DNA of 64,000 nucleotides from Candidatus Omnitrophota bacterium (GTDB lineage Bacteria; Omnitrophota; Gorgyraeia; Gygaellales; Profunditerraquicolaceae): NCBI GenBank assembly GCA_026387335.1, contig JAPLLX010000001.1, positions 234,620 to 298,619 of the forward strand, read 5' to 3'. Shown piece by piece: positions 8,077 to 16,279 of this stretch (position 1 is its first letter; each line of letters starts with the position of its first letter). The notes under the pieces were generated by a model. It saw only the letters and a program-made list of their open reading frames with translations, ran no database searches and was not told where the DNA came from. The position numbers and the translations under genes were made by a program.

Positions 8077-10257
8077 ATGAATCTTACCTCTCCCTGGAAT
8101 GCACCTTCGAAGCTCTTATTTCGCACCGCGATTAAGTGTCAGAGGTTGCTACCAAAGAAAAGATCTCAAGCATTCGGGCTCCTGAATACAAAGGAGCGGC
8201 AGAGGATAGAGCGCATTTACGTCATCAATCTGAATCGCCAACCAGCTCGTTGGGCCGAGATGGAGCAGGAGCTAAGACACGTATTGGATTGGTCTGGAAC
8301 TGAACTTTGGAATCTTACTGAGCGGTATGCCGCCGTCGATGCAAATCACTTCTTACAAGAACCGCGAAAAGATGCCGACATCGATCCAATTTATACACTC
8401 GGAGATCAACTCTTCGTAGAGCCCCAACCGATAGTTCTCCCCACCCGGATAGAACTCAATTCTCCGATCTTGATGAGTCGACCTGAGATTGCAGTCGCTC
8501 GTTCACACATCAACGTCTGGCGACAGGTCGCGGCGAGTAATCACGAGTACGTACTCATCCTTGAGGACGATGTGTGGTTTCCATCTGGGTTTGCCCCACA
8601 TCTGGATCAGGCGTGGGGAGAAATCGAGGCTGAAGGCGAAAGGAAAAGCAATTTCGATATTCTCTATTTGTCCTACAGGGAAGTGAAGCATGGCGCCCCG
8701 AAGACCTTCCTTTCAAGTAATGTGTTCCGCCCGGTACGCGGGCTCTGGCATCTATCCGGATACGTTATTTCGCGCGAAGGCGCTGAGAAGCTCCTTCGAC
8801 TCCTTCCTTGTCGAGGTCCCGTAGATCTATGGATAAATCACCAGTTCGGAGTTCTTGATGTACGCGCGACAAGACGGTCTATCATCAGCCAGCGACGCGA
8901 TATTAGTTCCACTAACTCATATTCGATACTTCCCGCGCTCACGAAAATTGGTGCTATCACCAGTGAGAGTTCATCCTTGTTTCACGTTCGCCCAAGTGAG
9001 CGGCCTGTGTTTGCATTTGGGAAGGGAGGCTCTGGCCTCTCATCACTTGCAATGGCTCTTTCCATGCTCGGATACAGATGCTGCAATGATCTCCAAGCGA
9101 TTCCAGGTTCTGAACACGAGATGCTACTTGCGGGAAGAGGTAATCGAGTTTTTGACGCATATGTTAACATCAGGTCTTTGGCTGGGGAAGTCAGAGTTCT
9201 TAGAGAGCGTTACCCTCAGGCTAAATTCATTATCACCACTAGCAAGGCTGGAATTGAGGATGACAGCTATTTGAAAATTCTAGATGATTTTAATGGTGCT
9301 GATATTGCTGTTCTTCATTTAGAGGCAACCAATAAATGGCGGGTCGTTTGTGAACACCTCAGATGCCCACCGCCCGTCTGTTCCTTCCCTGAGTTAGCTG
9401 ATCTCGGACAAAGAAAGCTTCTCTGCGGAACCATTGAAACGGGCGCAGTTCTGAATTGCGAGATTCCCACACGTGATAAGTCACCATGGGTTGTTGAGCC
9501 CTGTCAGGGGTGGCAAGGCATTCGTTGTGTCCCGACAAATGAGGAGGCATCGAATGTTTCAATCCCCGTTAGAATTGACGACTGCTTAGAATTTCTCGAC
9601 AGGAAACGGTGGTTTCTGCGAGACGATACCTTCACGGACAACCTGGCGCTGTTTCGTCCCTCAAACGTCGAGTTTAATTCTGGGATCGGGGCTGCTCTCA
9701 GCGTCAGAAGGGAATCCCTAGGTGTTCGAGAATATAGCGCTGCATCGTTAACCAGTCACGACCGATACTTATTCGGAAGATTTGAGGCAATCATTAAGGC
9801 ATCGAAAGTACCCGGTGTGGTTACAGGTTTTTTTCTCCATCGCGATTCACCGAGGCAGGAAATTGATATCGAGATTGCGGGAAATCGAACAGACCGTCTC
9901 TTGGTCAATGTCTTTTACAATCCTGGCGGCGAAGGTGCGAAGTTTGACTATGGATATAGAGGTGCAGCAAGTTATATCGACCTTGGCTTTGACGCATCAG
10001 AATCCGATCATCTTTATGCAATAGAATGGGGGTCTTGCGAGATTCGTTGGTTTGTTGACAATAGTCTAGCTCACAGGCGCGTAGGTTGGGAACCTACGCC
10101 GATTCCTCATCTTCCGATGGCCATCCATGTAAACGTCTGGCCATCTCGCTCCAAAGAACTTGCTGGCCGGCTGACTAGCGGACGACTCCCAACAACCACT
10201 TTTATTAGGTCAATTGCGCTTGAAGCGAATCGATATCAGAGGTCGTCAGTATTATGA
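8077..10257 (+). CDS. Multidomain fusion: GT25 glycosyltransferase (N-terminal), central Gly-rich P-loop-like region, C-terminal GH16 (lichenase/laminarinase-type) domain.
   Basis: GT25: RIYVINLNRQPARW ... VARSHINVWRQV ... YVLILEDDVWF ... DILYLSY. GH16: GRFEAIIKASKVPGVVTGFF ... EIDIEIAGN (ExDxE catalytic motif) ... LGFDASESDHLYAIEW ... IRWFVDNSL ... VNVWP. These align collinearly with Bacillus lichenase-type GH16. No signal peptide. Confidence 0.75.
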   Translation: MNLTSPWNAPSKLLFRTAIKCQRLLPKKRSQAFGLLNTKERQRIERIYVINLNRQPARWAEMEQELRHVLDWSGTELWNLTERYAAVDANHFLQEPRKDADIDPIYTLGDQLFVEPQPIVLPTRIELNSPILMSRPEIAVARSHINVWRQVAASNHEYVLILEDDVWFPSGFAPHLDQAWGEIEAEGERKSNFDILYLSYREVKHGAPKTFLSSNVFRPVRGLWHLSGYVISREGAEKLLRLLPCRGPVDLWINHQFGVLDVRATRRSIISQRRDISSTNSYSILPALTKIGAITSESSSLFHVRPSERPVFAFGKGGSGLSSLAMALSMLGYRCCNDLQAIPGSEHEMLLAGRGNRVFDAYVNIRSLAGEVRVLRERYPQAKFIITTSKAGIEDDSYLKILDDFNGADIAVLHLEATNKWRVVCEHLRCPPPVCSFPELADLGQRKLLCGTIETGAVLNCEIPTRDKSPWVVEPCQGWQGIRCVPTNEEASNVSIPVRIDDCLEFLDRKRWFLRDDTFTDNLALFRPSNVEFNSGIGAALSVRRESLGVREYSAASLTSHDRYLFGRFEAIIKASKVPGVVTGFFLHRDSPRQEIDIEIAGNRTDRLLVNVFYNPGGEGAKFDYGYRGAASYIDLGFDASESDHLYAIEWGSCEIRWFVDNSLAHRRVGWEPTPIPHLPMAIHVNVWPSRSKELAGRLTSGRLPTTTFIRSIALEANRYQRSSVL

Positions 10258-11897
10258 ATATTCTTTCTTGTAATCCCGGCCATGATGGCGCGATCGCGTA
10301 TCTGAAAGATGCTTGTTTGGTGTTTTCTATTGAGGCGGAGAAGAACTCGAACTACCGATACTCGCCCACATCCAGTCAAGACGTGTTCAAAGTTCTCAGA
10401 GAACTTGACGAATTGCCCGACGTTATTTGTGCTGGCGGTTGGTGGCCACGCGAAGAGCACTTACTCGGGTCGTATGATCATGTTGGATACCGAGGTGTGA
10501 TGAAAAGCGACGTTATTATAGAAAAAAGGTGCCTATTAGGAAGGCGCATTCATTATTTCTCGTCTTCTCACGAGCGTTCGCACTTACTGTGTGCTTTCGG
10601 TATGTCAAGTCTACCGAAAGGCACCCCGTGCTATGCGCTAGTGTGGGAAGGTTCTATCGGTGCTTTCTACGAGATTGACGACCGTATGAACATAACGCGG
10701 ATTGCCGATGTCATGAACGAGCCCGGGCATCGCTACGCTCTTCTCTACGGCCTGGCCGATCCGTCCTTTAACAAAAATGGAGCGTATTCACTTCATTCAG
10801 ACGCAGGGAAGCTCATGGCTCTGACCTCATACGCGACTCGAAAAACGCCCTCGGTTGAAGAGCAGAAGCTCATCGAATTTCTACTCCAAGGTTGCGTGCA
10901 TCTTGAGCCTCGAGCGTGCAACGACCTTAAGCATTCACGTTACTACAATATAGGAGTTGATGACCCAGAATTTCGCAACCTTGCAGGCATTTTTAGTAAC
11001 AAGATTTTTGACATCTTTTATCAATTCGCGAATGCGAATATGAAGAAAAGAATGCCGCTAATCATCGCAGGCGGATGCGGCCTGAATTGCGACTGGAATA
11101 CTAAATGGAAAGAATCAGGCCTTTTTTCCGAGGTCTTCGTGCCGCCTGTTGCAAACGATTCGGGTTCTGCGATTGGGACAGCGATCGACGCCCAGTTTCA
11201 TTATACTGGGAATCCTAAGGTTGATTGGAACGTCTATTCAGGCCTCGCCTTCGACACGACCGAGCCTTTCGATATTGCGCGGTATGATCTCTGCGAAGCT
11301 GATGATGAAAAGATTGCCGATATGTTAGCCAATGATCTTATTCTGGGATGGGTGAGTGGCAAATATGAAATTGGTCCGCGGGCCTTGGGCAACCGTTCAA
11401 TTCTTGCCGCACCATTCCGAGAAAGCACCAGAACGCGATTGAATGAGATCAAGCAACGCGAGCAATTTCGTCCGATTGCTCCAGTTTGCTTAGAAGAAGA
11501 GGCTGCACGATGGTTCGGCTGCGACCACCCTAGTCCATATATGCTTTATACTTACAAAACGAGAACGGATGCATTGGTAGCTGTTACTCACGTGAATAAG
11601 ACTGCCCGCATTCAGACGGTGTCGCCTGAGTCCAACCGTAGTTTGTACAATTTGCTCGTTGCTTTCAAGGCACGAACTGGTTACGGCGTCTTGTGTAATA
11701 CCTCATTGAACTTCAATGGTAGGGGGTTTATAAACAAGATCGATGATCTTTCATCATATACTATAAATTATAACTTGGATGGCTTTGTAGTAGAAGGGCG
11801 CAGTTATGTTTTGAAGTCGTCAAAGAGTTATCAGGTATACTTAAAGCATGTCAAAATCTATAGCTGGACAAAATGTGATGCCTCATCGCGCAAATAG
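10254..11897 (+). CDS. Carbamoyltransferase of the NodU/CmcH/NovN family.
   Basis: N-terminal ILSCNPGHDGAIAYLKDACLVFSIEAEK matches Carbam_trans_N (ILG..HD.A.ALV.DG). Size of about 550 aa. Start overlaps the upstream stop (ATGA). Confidence 0.75.
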   Translation: MNILSCNPGHDGAIAYLKDACLVFSIEAEKNSNYRYSPTSSQDVFKVLRELDELPDVICAGGWWPREEHLLGSYDHVGYRGVMKSDVIIEKRCLLGRRIHYFSSSHERSHLLCAFGMSSLPKGTPCYALVWEGSIGAFYEIDDRMNITRIADVMNEPGHRYALLYGLADPSFNKNGAYSLHSDAGKLMALTSYATRKTPSVEEQKLIEFLLQGCVHLEPRACNDLKHSRYYNIGVDDPEFRNLAGIFSNKIFDIFYQFANANMKKRMPLIIAGGCGLNCDWNTKWKESGLFSEVFVPPVANDSGSAIGTAIDAQFHYTGNPKVDWNVYSGLAFDTTEPFDIARYDLCEADDEKIADMLANDLILGWVSGKYEIGPRALGNRSILAAPFRESTRTRLNEIKQREQFRPIAPVCLEEEAARWFGCDHPSPYMLYTYKTRTDALVAVTHVNKTARIQTVSPESNRSLYNLLVAFKARTGYGVLCNTSLNFNGRGFINKIDDLSSYTINYNLDGFVVEGRSYVLKSSKSYQVYLKHVKIYSWTKCDASSRK

Positions 11898-12082
11898 GGA
11901 AGTCCAAATTCATTAATATTAGCGCAAGCTCTATCATAAGAGAAAGCTTGAAGTGCAATAAAAAAGAATATTTTTAGAAAAAGACGGTTTTTTAACTAGA
12001 GCCGATGAACGTGCGCGACGTTTTGGTCTATTTTTGAGCCGAAAGTTAAGAAAACTAGAGACACAATTAATTTTATAACTAT

Positions 12083-13228
12083 ATGATTAATAAAGAGATG
12101 AAAAAAAAGAAGGTTTTTCTCCGCACATTCGGCTGCCAAATGAATATCCGGGACTCTGAAGTTGTGGTTGGGTTGCTGCGAAAATCCGGTTATAAAATCT
12201 GCGCTGATGCTGATGCGGCCGGCGCGGTCATTATTAATACCTGCTCAGTCCGGCAGCATGCCGAAGAGAGAGTTTGGAGTTTAGCGGGTAGTTTTAAAAC
12301 GGATAAGATTATAGGTGTTATCGGTTGTATGGCCCAAAATTATAAAGAAGGAATTTTGGAGAGGGCGCCCAATGTTAATTTTGTAGTAGGGCCCGCGGAT
12401 ATAGCTAAGATTCCCGGTATTCTTGCCAAGCTGGCCAAAGATAAGGGTATTTTTGCCAGAAAGATTTATGAAACAGACGGAATTGCCCGTCCGGAAGAGA
12501 TTTATCACACTGGTTTTTACGCGGATAAGAACCACGGTTTTGTGGTTATATCCGAAGGTTGCTCCAATTTCTGCTCCTATTGCGTTGTGCCTTATGTGCG
12601 CGGGGCCCTGCATCATCGCCATTATCAAGATGTGATTAACGAAATCAAGATGGCTATAGATAAAGGGATAACTTCCATTACACTCTTAGGCCAGAATGTT
12701 AATGCTTATAAAGACGGCAATACTGGTTTTACTAAGCTGATGGAATTGGTAAATTCTATCCCGGGGTTAAAAACCTTTACTTTTCTTACTTCGCACCCTA
12801 AGGATACCAGTATTGATTTGTTTAAGGCAATCGCGGGATTAGATAAACTAAAAAAAGACCTGCATCTGCCGGTTCAGTCAGGCTCTGACCGGATACTCAA
12901 GCTGATGAACCGCTCTTATACAAAAAAATTCTATTTGGATTTAGTGGATAATTACCGTAAAATTGTAAAAGGGGCTACCTTGACTACGGATATAATCGTA
13001 GGTTTTCCGCAAGAAAGCGAAAATGATTTTAAGGATACCTTAGATTTAGTTAAAGCTGTCCGCTTTAACGCCGCCTATATATTTAAATACTCTCCTCGGC
13101 CGCAGACGCAAGCTTTTAAGATGGCGGATACTGTTGAGAAAAAAGAAAAAGAGAAGAGGCATAAGCTGATTTTAGAATTGCAGAAGGAAATATCCGGGGT
13201 GAAAAATGTTAGGATTAAAAATGAATGA
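12083..13228 (+). CDS. miaB: MiaB-like tRNA methylthiotransferase (radical SAM MTTase), apparently lacking the C-terminal TRAM domain.
   Basis: N-terminal MTTase Cys (FGCQMN, CSVR, GCMAQ). Radical-SAM CSNFCSYC. Protein ends about 10 aa after the LQxEI segment, where the TRAM domain normally begins. True start is probably the second Met, MKKKKVFL. Confidence 0.75.
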   Translation: MINKEMKKKKVFLRTFGCQMNIRDSEVVVGLLRKSGYKICADADAAGAVIINTCSVRQHAEERVWSLAGSFKTDKIIGVIGCMAQNYKEGILERAPNVNFVVGPADIAKIPGILAKLAKDKGIFARKIYETDGIARPEEIYHTGFYADKNHGFVVISEGCSNFCSYCVVPYVRGALHHRHYQDVINEIKMAIDKGITSITLLGQNVNAYKDGNTGFTKLMELVNSIPGLKTFTFLTSHPKDTSIDLFKAIAGLDKLKKDLHLPVQSGSDRILKLMNRSYTKKFYLDLVDNYRKIVKGATLTTDIIVGFPQESENDFKDTLDLVKAVRFNAAYIFKYSPRPQTQAFKMADTVEKKEKEKRHKLILELQKEISGVKNVRIKNE

Positions 13229-14018
13229 CAAAATCAGAATTCCAATATATTTTACTATTTTGCTTTCATTTTTCATTTGTGTTTTGTCATTTGGAATTCC
13301 GGATAATGTTTATGCTTTAAATTTGGAAAAGATGAAGACCAATATGCTCCTGGGGGATTATAAATCCGCAATTACTGAGGGAGAAAAGCTCATTGCCAAA
13401 GACCCGCATTCAGACGAGCTCTATTATCTTTTGGGCCTGTGTTATTTAAAAGACGGAAATTACCTGCGGGCTTCCGATATCTTTGAAGTAGTAATTAAAG
13501 AATTTAAAGGTTCTAAATTTAAAGAAGAGGCGACTATGGGTTTAGGCGATACCTACCTTTTGCGGGAAGATTTTGACCGGGCAAGTAGTCTATATCTAGG
13601 GATAATTAAGGATAGTCCTAAGACTAAGCTTAAGCCGCAATTATATTATCGAATAAGCGAAATTGGTTTTAAAAAAGGAGACGTAAATCAGGGTAAGGAA
13701 TATTTGACGAAATTAAGGGAAGGCTATTCTCTGGCTCCCGAGGCTAAACAAGGACAGGATATCTGTCCGCTTGAGAGAAATAACCTTAATTTTTATTATT
13801 CTGTCCAAATAGGTTCATTTTCTAATCCCGCCAACGCGCAAAACCTGAATCAGAAATTATTAAACAGCGGGTATTCGTCTTATATTGAAGAGTCGCTTGC
13901 CGCAAGCGGCCTAAAGACCTACCGGGTGAAGGTAGGAAAATTAGCCTCCCGCCAGGAAGCCGAAAACCTGAATAAAAAACTCAAAACAGAAGGTTATCCC
14001 ACAAAAATCTGTCCTTAA
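13206..14018 (+). CDS. Secreted TPR-repeat protein with C-terminal SPOR (peptidoglycan-binding) domain.
   Basis: Signal peptide. TPR-like YYLLGLCYLKDGNY. C-terminal YSVQIGSFSNPANAQ ... YRVKVG ... EA motif typical of SPOR. Confidence 0.65.
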   Translation: MLGLKMNDKIRIPIYFTILLSFFICVLSFGIPDNVYALNLEKMKTNMLLGDYKSAITEGEKLIAKDPHSDELYYLLGLCYLKDGNYLRASDIFEVVIKEFKGSKFKEEATMGLGDTYLLREDFDRASSLYLGIIKDSPKTKLKPQLYYRISEIGFKKGDVNQGKEYLTKLREGYSLAPEAKQGQDICPLERNNLNFYYSVQIGSFSNPANAQNLNQKLLNSGYSSYIEESLAASGLKTYRVKVGKLASRQEAENLNKKLKTEGYPTKICP

Positions 14019-14941
14019 TGTTAAAATCAAAATCTATTATTTTTATTGTTGGTCCGACGGCGGTAGGTAAATCCAGCGTTGCCGTAGAGCTGGCCAGAAG
14101 GATTAAGGGCGAGATAATCTCCTGCGATTCCATGCAAATTTATCAAGGTATGGAGATAATCACATCCAAGCCTTCCGTTCATCTAAGGGGTAAAATCAAG
14201 CATCATATGATCGGGGTAGTTTCAGCGGAAAAAGAATTTAACGCCGCTAAATTCAGGAAGGCGGCTGTTAAAAAGGTAGAAGAAGTAATTGCTAGAGGGA
14301 GAGTCCCGATTTTTGTCGGCGGGACCGGACTTTATGTCTCTACGCTTATTGATGGTATTTTTGAAGAGAAGAATTCCAGTCCGGATATACGCGAGAAATT
14401 TTATAAGTTGGCCAAAAAATACGGGAATAAATATTTATACGCCAAGCTAAAAAAGGCCGATAGCTCTGCGGCCAAGAAAATCCACCCCCATGATGCTAAG
14501 CGGGTTATCCGGGCTTTAGAGGTTTTTGCGGTTACGGGTAAGCCGATATCCCGGATGCAAAAGAAGAGAAAGGGTTTAGGTAAGGATTATAATATAAAAA
14601 TTTTTGCTCTGAATATGGACAGAGACTCTCTTTATAAGAAAATTGATGAACGGGTGCAAGGGATGTTTAAGGCCGGATTAATTAAGGAGGTCAAGGCTTT
14701 ACTGGGTAAGAATTTAAGTAAGACCAGCCGTTATGCTATCGGGATAAGGGAGCTATCCGGCTATTTTCAAGGGAGGTATGATTTAGAAGAGGCAAAACGT
14801 TTAATGAAACGTAACAGCAGGCATTACGCCAAAAGGCAGTTGACCTGGTTCAGGAAAAACAAGCGCATAAACTGGATTAATATTAAAGATAAGGATACGC
14901 CATTTAAGGTAGCCAGGAGATTATGGAAAGAGCTCTGTTAG
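14018..14941 (+). CDS. miaA: tRNA dimethylallyltransferase.
   Basis: IFIVGPTAVGKSS P-loop. SCDSMQIYQGMEIITSKPS. Confidence 0.9.
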   Translation: MLKSKSIIFIVGPTAVGKSSVAVELARRIKGEIISCDSMQIYQGMEIITSKPSVHLRGKIKHHMIGVVSAEKEFNAAKFRKAAVKKVEEVIARGRVPIFVGGTGLYVSTLIDGIFEEKNSSPDIREKFYKLAKKYGNKYLYAKLKKADSSAAKKIHPHDAKRVIRALEVFAVTGKPISRMQKKRKGLGKDYNIKIFALNMDRDSLYKKIDERVQGMFKAGLIKEVKALLGKNLSKTSRYAIGIRELSGYFQGRYDLEEAKRLMKRNSRHYAKRQLTWFRKNKRINWINIKDKDTPFKVARRLWKELC

Positions 14942-16191
14942 TCGTAATAGGATTTAAGCGGGATAAAGAAAAATTAAGGATTGAGGATTCAGCCTCAGAG
15001 CTGGAAGAGTTGGTTTTAGCCAGCGGCACGGAAGTAGTGGATAATATAACCTGTATTTGCGATAAGCCGACCCCTAATCTTCTTATCGGAAAAGGGAAAG
15101 CCGCAGAATTAGGTTTTACTGCCCAGGAAGAAAATGTAGATACTGTGATCTTTAACCGGGATCTTTCCGGAACGCAGCAAAGAAATCTGGAAGAAGCGAT
15201 CGGTAGAAAGACCATTGATCGCACGCAGCTTATCCTGGATATATTTGCCCGCCGGGCAAAAAGCCCTGAAGGTAAAATCCAGGTTGAGCTGGCCCAGTTA
15301 CAATACCTTCTGCCCAGGCTAGTGGGTAAAGGTATTATCCTTTCCAGGCTGGGCGGCGGCATGGGTACGCGCGGTCCGGGAGAGCAGAAGTTGGAAATGG
15401 ACAGGCGGCGCATCAGGGAAAGGATCGACCGCTTAAAAATTGATTTAAGAGATATGCTGCAGCGGCGTGCGGTTATGCGTAAAAAAAGAAAAGATAATGC
15501 TGTGCCGGTAATAGCGCTGGTCGGCTATACCAGTGCCGGTAAATCCACGCTCTTAAATTCATTGACTGGCGCCGGACAAGTTGTATCCGGAAACCTTTTT
15601 ACCACACTTGATCCGCTTGCTAAAGGCTTACAGTTACCTAACGGTGAGAATGTGGTTATATCGGATACCGTAGGTTTCTTGCGCGGACTTCCGCATCATC
15701 TCATTGAAGCATTTAAGGCTACTTTAGAAGAAGCTGTGCAGGCTGATCTCTTGGTCCATGTTTTGGACGCCAGCCATCCGTTAGTCTACGCACATAGCCA
15801 GGCGGTATTTGCGGTTTTAAAAGAATTAGGGTTAAATGAGAAGCCCACGATTACAGCTTTAAATAAAATTGACCTGTTGAATGATGGGATGTGGTTAGAG
15901 AAGCTAAAAGAAGATTTTCCGGATTCGGTGGCCATATCCGCAAAACTTCAAGTAAACCTGGATTCCTTATACAAAAAAATAGAGGAGAGATTTAGCGGCA
16001 GGATGGCGGATCTGGAAGTTTTAGTCCCGGCTAGCCGGATGGATATTATAGATTTATTCTATAGGCAAGGTAAGGTCAGGGAGATTGAATATCTGCAAAA
16101 GGGGATAAGGGTTAAAGTAAACCTGCCAAAGATCCTATCTCAGAAGCTATTGCTTAACCGTGAAATAGAATTACTCCGTTCAAAAAGTTAA
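14923..16191 (+). CDS. hflX: GTPase HflX.
   Basis: HflX N-terminal domain. G1 GYTSAGKST. DTVGF. NKID. Confidence 0.9.
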   Translation: MERALLVVIGFKRDKEKLRIEDSASELEELVLASGTEVVDNITCICDKPTPNLLIGKGKAAELGFTAQEENVDTVIFNRDLSGTQQRNLEEAIGRKTIDRTQLILDIFARRAKSPEGKIQVELAQLQYLLPRLVGKGIILSRLGGGMGTRGPGEQKLEMDRRRIRERIDRLKIDLRDMLQRRAVMRKKRKDNAVPVIALVGYTSAGKSTLLNSLTGAGQVVSGNLFTTLDPLAKGLQLPNGENVVISDTVGFLRGLPHHLIEAFKATLEEAVQADLLVHVLDASHPLVYAHSQAVFAVLKELGLNEKPTITALNKIDLLNDGMWLEKLKEDFPDSVAISAKLQVNLDSLYKKIEERFSGRMADLEVLVPASRMDIIDLFYRQGKVREIEYLQKGIRVKVNLPKILSQKLLLNREIELLRSKS

Positions 16192-16198
16192 TCTGGGA

Positions 16199-16227
16199 TT
16201 GACAAAGTAGAAAAATATGTTAAAATT
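16199..16227 (+). promoter_or_regulatory. Sigma70 promoter of the hrcA operon (TTGACA-16-TAAAAT).
   Basis: -35 at 16199-16204 and -10 at 16221-16226, immediately upstream of CIRCE. Confidence 0.6.
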
Positions 16228-16232
16228 ATGCT

Positions 16233-16259
16233 TTAGCATTCTTAGGCCGAGAGTGCTAA
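16233..16259 (+). promoter_or_regulatory. CIRCE operator (HrcA binding site).
   Basis: TTAGCATTC-N9-GAGTGCTAA, one mismatch to the consensus TTAGCACTC-N9-GAGTGCTAA. Sits 20 nt upstream of hrcA. Confidence 0.9.
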
Positions 16260-16279
16260 TATCCTAAACAGGTAAAACT

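Noticed and set aside
8855-9274. 139-aa + strand ORF in an alternative frame within the GT25-GH16 gene. Also small ORFs 8489-8686 and 9782-10024.
   Set aside because: Out-of-frame overlaps with a gene whose two domains match GT25 and GH16 collinearly in the main frame. Higher GC in this island inflates random ORF length.
11898-12082. Possible island-boundary direct repeats, for example the shared octamer AAGTTAAG near 7150 and 12040.
   Set aside because: The only shared words are short and AT-rich, expected by chance. No integrase, tRNA or clear att-like repeats flank the cassette.
14904-15413. 169-aa minus-strand ORF overlapping miaA/hflX.
   Set aside because: Antisense to two confident genes. 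No start context or domain.
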